Sequence record: MH285980
DNA length: 49,372 nucleotides
Reading direction: 5' to 3' (one strand)
From: Escherichia phage Eco_BIFF
The translations under genes and the position numbers were made by a program. Each line of letters opens with the position of its first letter. The stretch's first letter is position 1. Below the pieces are notes generated by a model that had not been told where the DNA came from, did no database searches, and saw only the letters and a program-made list of their open reading frames with translations. Shown here piece by piece: positions 46,668-49,372 of the stretch.

Positions 46668-46707
46668 CACGAATTGCTAAAACGTCGGTGGGGTGATTTG
46701 ATATAGT
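46664..46707 (+). promoter_or_regulatory. promoter cassette (-10 TGATATAGT)
   Basis: ATAGCACGAATTGCTAAAAC + 18 bp + TATAGT; 26 nt before ATG 46740. Confidence 0.55.
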
Positions 46708-46739
46708 TACCTCATCGACAACGAAGAGAGAAAATCGAA

Positions 46740-46949
46740 ATGATGGTATCAACTGATAAGTTTTTCACTTGCACTAAAACTTCTGAGGTATTCGAACTGG
46801 TTCATACTGACAACGGTGATTTCATGCATGACGGTTGCGACGTTTTCATTGAAGTGAAAGAAAGCGACTATGACGACGGAGTTTATTACAACCCGGCAGT
46901 TAACACGCAGTTTTTTACCCCGATCGAAGAGGAGGAAGAAGAGGCATGA
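46740..46949 (+). CDS. small acidic protein
   Basis: 69 aa, Asp/Glu-rich, C-terminal EEEEEEA. Confidence 0.45.
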   Translation: MMVSTDKFFTCTKTSEVFELVHTDNGDFMHDGCDVFIEVKESDYDDGVYYNPAVNTQFFTPIEEEEEEA

Positions 46950-47289
46950 TCACGATTAACCTGTAAGATAAACAAGCGCGTGAAATACTAGACACTATCG
47001 GCGAACAGCTTCACGTAAAAGGCGCTGCCGCCGAACTTCTTAACCAGATCGAAAGGCAGCTTACCCCGGCATCAACGAATCAATCTGAGTTTGCAACCTG
47101 GAAGAGCGAGCGAATCCTGCCAAATATCATCAAGGCATGGAAGCGCAAGCATAAAAAAGAAATAAATGTTGAGGATTTATTTACCGATGAATTAAGTCCT
47201 TCAAAGGTTGCTCAATACCAGTTGCGATACATGGAATCAGTTTGCAATCAGGTTTTAGGTGTTAATTTTTCATTTGGGAGAGGTAAATA
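46946..47289 (+). pseudogene. hypothetical gene interrupted by in-frame TAA at 46964..46966
   Basis: ATG 46946 overlaps upstream stop; TAA at codon 7 followed by ~107 stop-free codons in the same frame with no internal start codon; 3' end overlaps next ATG. Confidence 0.35.
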
Positions 47290-47520
47290 ATGTTCGGTTT
47301 AAGTGAAGCGGAATGGAACGTGGTAAAGCGCGCGGCGAAGGAATTAAACAAATTCGTCAGCGGCATGAAGAAAGAAGATCGTAAAAACGACAAGATCATG
47401 ATTGATGTAATCTCAGCTCACCACAAAAAGGTCGAGTTACTAATCGACCGATACAAATTTGTCTGGACTGCCGGGTACATTGCCGGGCGCGTAGGTAACA
47501 AAGAAGGGGATTACGAATAA
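47290..47520 (+). CDS. hypothetical early protein
   Basis: 76-aa ORF with RBS GGGAGAGG. Confidence 0.45.
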   Translation: MFGLSEAEWNVVKRAAKELNKFVSGMKKEDRKNDKIMIDVISAHHKKVELLIDRYKFVWTAGYIAGRVGNKEGDYE

Positions 47521-47723
47521 TGGCTAATTTACCGAAGAAAGGCGATCAGGTTCGATGTGTCACATCACGAAATGGCGATGCTTTCTCAGCCGGGTGCGCG
47601 TACGACGTTGAAAAAGTCAGTAAGTCAAAGAGGCTTGTATTCGTGTACGGCGATGATGGAAACCTGCATGAGATTGATTACCCGCAGGATATGACTAAGG
47701 GACAATTCGAAATTAATGATTGA
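47520..47723 (+). CDS. hypothetical early protein
   Basis: 67-aa ORF overlapping upstream stop; its stop TGA lies in the -35 TTGACC of the next promoter. Confidence 0.45.
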   Translation: MANLPKKGDQVRCVTSRNGDAFSAGCAYDVEKVSKSKRLVFVYGDDGNLHEIDYPQDMTKGQFEIND

Positions 47724-47749
47724 CCTAAGTCCCTGAGCGGTGATAGTAT
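47720..47749 (+). promoter_or_regulatory. sigma70-type promoter with extended -10
   Basis: TTGACC, 18-bp spacer, TGaTAGTAT; followed by ~130-nt structured leader before ATG 47888. Confidence 0.55.
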
Positions 47750-47887
47750 TAATCCCGTAGACAGACGAGGCGCAATTAGGCGCAACGCGTGAGACGATTC
47801 TCACTCTTCCAGCTAACAAGCTCGGTTGCATAGTGGTTAAGCAACGCCGCAGACCCGTAAGCGGCAACAATTCAAGAGGATTGCATA

Positions 47888-48049
47888 ATGCAAAACACTA
47901 AAGACGAATCAATCAAAATTGAAATTAAAGTAACTCGCAACGGTGAAACCACTCGTTATAAAAAACGATTAAATCCTGGCGAGGCTGTTATTGGTCGCAT
48001 TGCTGGCGTTATGATTAAGGCGCAGGAAGATGAAGCGATTCAAAGTTAA
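47888..48049 (+). CDS. small hypothetical protein (53 aa)
   Basis: RBS AAGAGG 8 nt before ATG 47888; behind sigma70 promoter 47720..47749 and a ~130-nt leader. Confidence 0.4.
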   Translation: MQNTKDESIKIEIKVTRNGETTRYKKRLNPGEAVIGRIAGVMIKAQEDEAIQS

Positions 48050-48215
48050 ATTAATCATTCGAAAGATGGGAATGTTTTGCCAGTCGTGCAAACAATCTTT
48101 CGAAACAGAATTATCTGCAACCAGTCAGGCAGAAGCCATCACGAAAGCGAAGAAACTTTCCGATGCTAATCTTGACACTCACAAAATAAACATTGAATTA
48201 ATCAAGGAGATTTAA
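48030..48215 (+). CDS. hypothetical protein
   Basis: 61-aa ORF overlapping previous gene; start uncertain. Confidence 0.3.
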   Translation: MKRFKVKLIIRKMGMFCQSCKQSFETELSATSQAEAITKAKKLSDANLDTHKINIELIKEI

Positions 48216-48216
48216 C

Positions 48217-48443
48217 ATGACCATTTTTTATTGATTATCGCTGGTATCATTATTTTTGGTGCTGGTTTGCTTGCTGGATTCGCACTTGTTGCGGCAGCGA
48301 TTGCGATGGACGCGAAGGATAAAACTGGTGTATGGCTGACCTACTCACCTAAGAAGGACCAATGGGAAATGACTGGCGACCTTGCTCACTGCTACTCTAA
48401 AGCTCAGACCCACCCTAAAGGCATTAAACGACGATTATCGTGA
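48217..48443 (+). CDS. small membrane protein; needs a +1 frame change at T6 run 48224..48229 (alternative TTG start 48231)
   Basis: ATG 48217 has ideal RBS AAGGAG 7 nt upstream but hits a stop after 5 codons; one extra T would give MTIFLLIIAGIIIFGAG... with an N-terminal TMD. Confidence 0.35.
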
Positions 48444-48452
48444 TAAATACTA

Positions 48453-48476
48453 ACCCGCTTCGGCGGGTTTTTTTAT
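48453..48476 (+). terminator. intrinsic terminator before terminase promoter region
   Basis: CCCGCTTCGGCGGG then T7. Confidence 0.6.
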
Positions 48477-48493
48477 GTCTGCAATATGGTAAA

Positions 48494-48513
48494 ATAGCAC
48501 TAAATGTTAAACA
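48494..48513 (+). repeat. copy of the 20-bp element overlapping the -10/leader of the terminase small-subunit gene
   Basis: ATAGCACTAAATGTTAAACA overlaps extended -10-like TGGTAAAAT (48487..48495) and is followed at once by RBS AAGAGGA. Confidence 0.4.
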
Positions 48514-48527
48514 AAGAGGATGGATTT

Positions 48528-49052
48528 ATGAGTGAACCTAAGAACGCTCCCGTAGTCCAGGGTGGTAATTTCAAAGAGCTATACAAGAAAAAATTCGGCA
48601 CTGTACTAGCGAAAAACCGCGCGATGACGCCAGAACAACTATTCGATCTGTCGGTGAAGTATTTCGAATGGGCCGAGGACAACGCGATAAAGGCGTCAGA
48701 ATCAGCCAGCTTTCAGGGTGGCGTTTATGAATCGCTTGTTCATAAGCCGCGCGTCTTCACCTGGACCGGATACCGACTATTTATCGGTGCAAGCGAGGCC
48801 GCAATCATTAAGTGGAAGCGTGAGGAAGAATACAGTGAGGTTATGGAGTTCGTGGAATCCGTAATCAACGAGCAAAAATTTCAGCTTGCCGCAAACGGCG
48901 TTATTAACGCCTCATTTATCGGCAAGGATCTCGGAATCGACAAGCCAGCTTCAATAAACATCGAAAACTCGGCAGCTTCAGCGTCGACCGCTGTCGCCAC
49001 TACTGAGGAAGCAATGAAAGAGGCTGTAAACAGTATTCTTGACATGCTTTAA
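48528..49052 (+). CDS. terminase small subunit (putative)
   Basis: RBS AAGAGGA before ATG 48528; ~175-aa ORF immediately before terminase large; position only. Confidence 0.55.
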   Translation: MSEPKNAPVVQGGNFKELYKKKFGTVLAKNRAMTPEQLFDLSVKYFEWAEDNAIKASESASFQGGVYESLVHKPRVFTWTGYRLFIGASEAAIIKWKREEEYSEVMEFVESVINEQKFQLAANGVINASFIGKDLGIDKPASINIENSAASASTAVATTEEAMKEAVNSILDML

Positions 49053-49080
49053 CGTTACGGGCGCGCAAGCGCCCATACAG

Positions 49081-49372
49081 GAGAATTGATATGATTCAAT
49101 GGGAAGAACTCGACGCAACTCAGAAGTTGGCGATCAAGAAAATGAGCGAGGCCAATTTCGAAAAAATGATTCGGATCTGGTTTCAGCTTATGCAGGCTCA
49201 GCAGTTCCAGCCTAACTGGCATCACCTTTACCTATGTCACGAAGTGGAGGAAATTATTGCAGGCCGACGCGGTAACACTATCTTTAACGTCACGCCAGGC
49301 TCCGGTAAAACTGAAGTGTTCTCAATTCACCTTCCGGTGTACGCAATGCTCAAGTGTAAAAAGGTGCGAATC
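49081..49372 (+). CDS. terminase large subunit, N-terminal part (runs off window end, continues at base 3)
   Basis: RBS GGAG before ATG 49081; Walker A TPGSGKTE; no stop before window end; frame matches ORF at window start. Confidence 0.8.

Noticed and set aside
47780-47860. Possible tRNA-like sequence in the structured leader (TAGTGGTTAAGCAAC)
   Set aside because: No T-arm (GTTCGAATCC-like), no acceptor stem pairing, and no cloverleaf could be drawn by eye; no other tRNA-like sequence was noticed in the window.
25866-48513. The repeated 20-bp element as a CRISPR array or a T4 MotA-box-type middle promoter
   Set aside because: Copies are separated by whole genes with no regular repeat-spacer periodicity and there are no cas genes, so not CRISPR. 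The element is 18 bp from the -10 and centred near -42, not at the -30 MotA position, so only the general analogy of a -35-replacing activator site is kept.
1-49372. Prophage or lysogeny functions (integrase, CI-like repressor, att sites)
   Set aside because: No recombinase-like ORF and no repressor/Cro pair at a divergent operator were recognised; the gene content fits a strictly lytic phage.

Overview
The window reads as a complete, circularly permuted genome (~49.4 kb) of a virulent T1-like siphovirus of enterobacteria. No searches or computations were run: every call rests on motifs read directly from the sequence and the ORF track, on gene order, and on recalled family knowledge. The terminase large-subunit ORF runs off the right edge (49081..49372, Walker A TPGSGKTE) and continues in frame at base 3, so the window start is arbitrary. 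Gene order from left to right: terminase, portal, head genes; a lambda-like tail module (major tail, G/G-T chaperone with a -1 slippery site, tape measure, M, L, K, I, J-like); a Cor/Llp-like lipoprotein; a recombination module (PD-(D/E)XK exonuclease, ERF-like annealase, SSB with DDDIPF tail); an opposite-strand tail fibre with C-terminal chaperone domain; replication genes (zinc-ribbon primase, SF2 helicase, VRR-NUC); a 237-aa Dam-type methyltransferase; an HTH-fused metallophosphoesterase; a lysis cassette (pinholin-like holin, SAR-type GH24 endolysin, unimolecular spanin); then leftward (33.6-39.7 kb) and rightward (40.4-48.4 kb) clusters of small early genes that include two paralogous HNH-AP2 homing endonucleases, a HAD phosphatase, a P-loop kinase, a compact C5-methyltransferase-like protein and acidic mini-proteins. 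No tRNA, CRISPR array, integrase or repressor was seen. The most striking feature is regulatory rather than a gene: a 20-bp element (consensus ATAGCAC-N5-TTG[C/T]TAAAAC, core TAGCA-N5-TGCTA) placed exactly 18 bp (one case 19 bp) upstream of a -10-like hexamer in 18 per-gene promoter cassettes, with further copies in late-gene leaders. Also flagged: three apparently disrupted small genes (two at homopolymer runs, one in-frame TAA), AT-rich divergent control regions with TGT(A/G)ACA repeats, and a structured leader behind a canonical sigma70 promoter.
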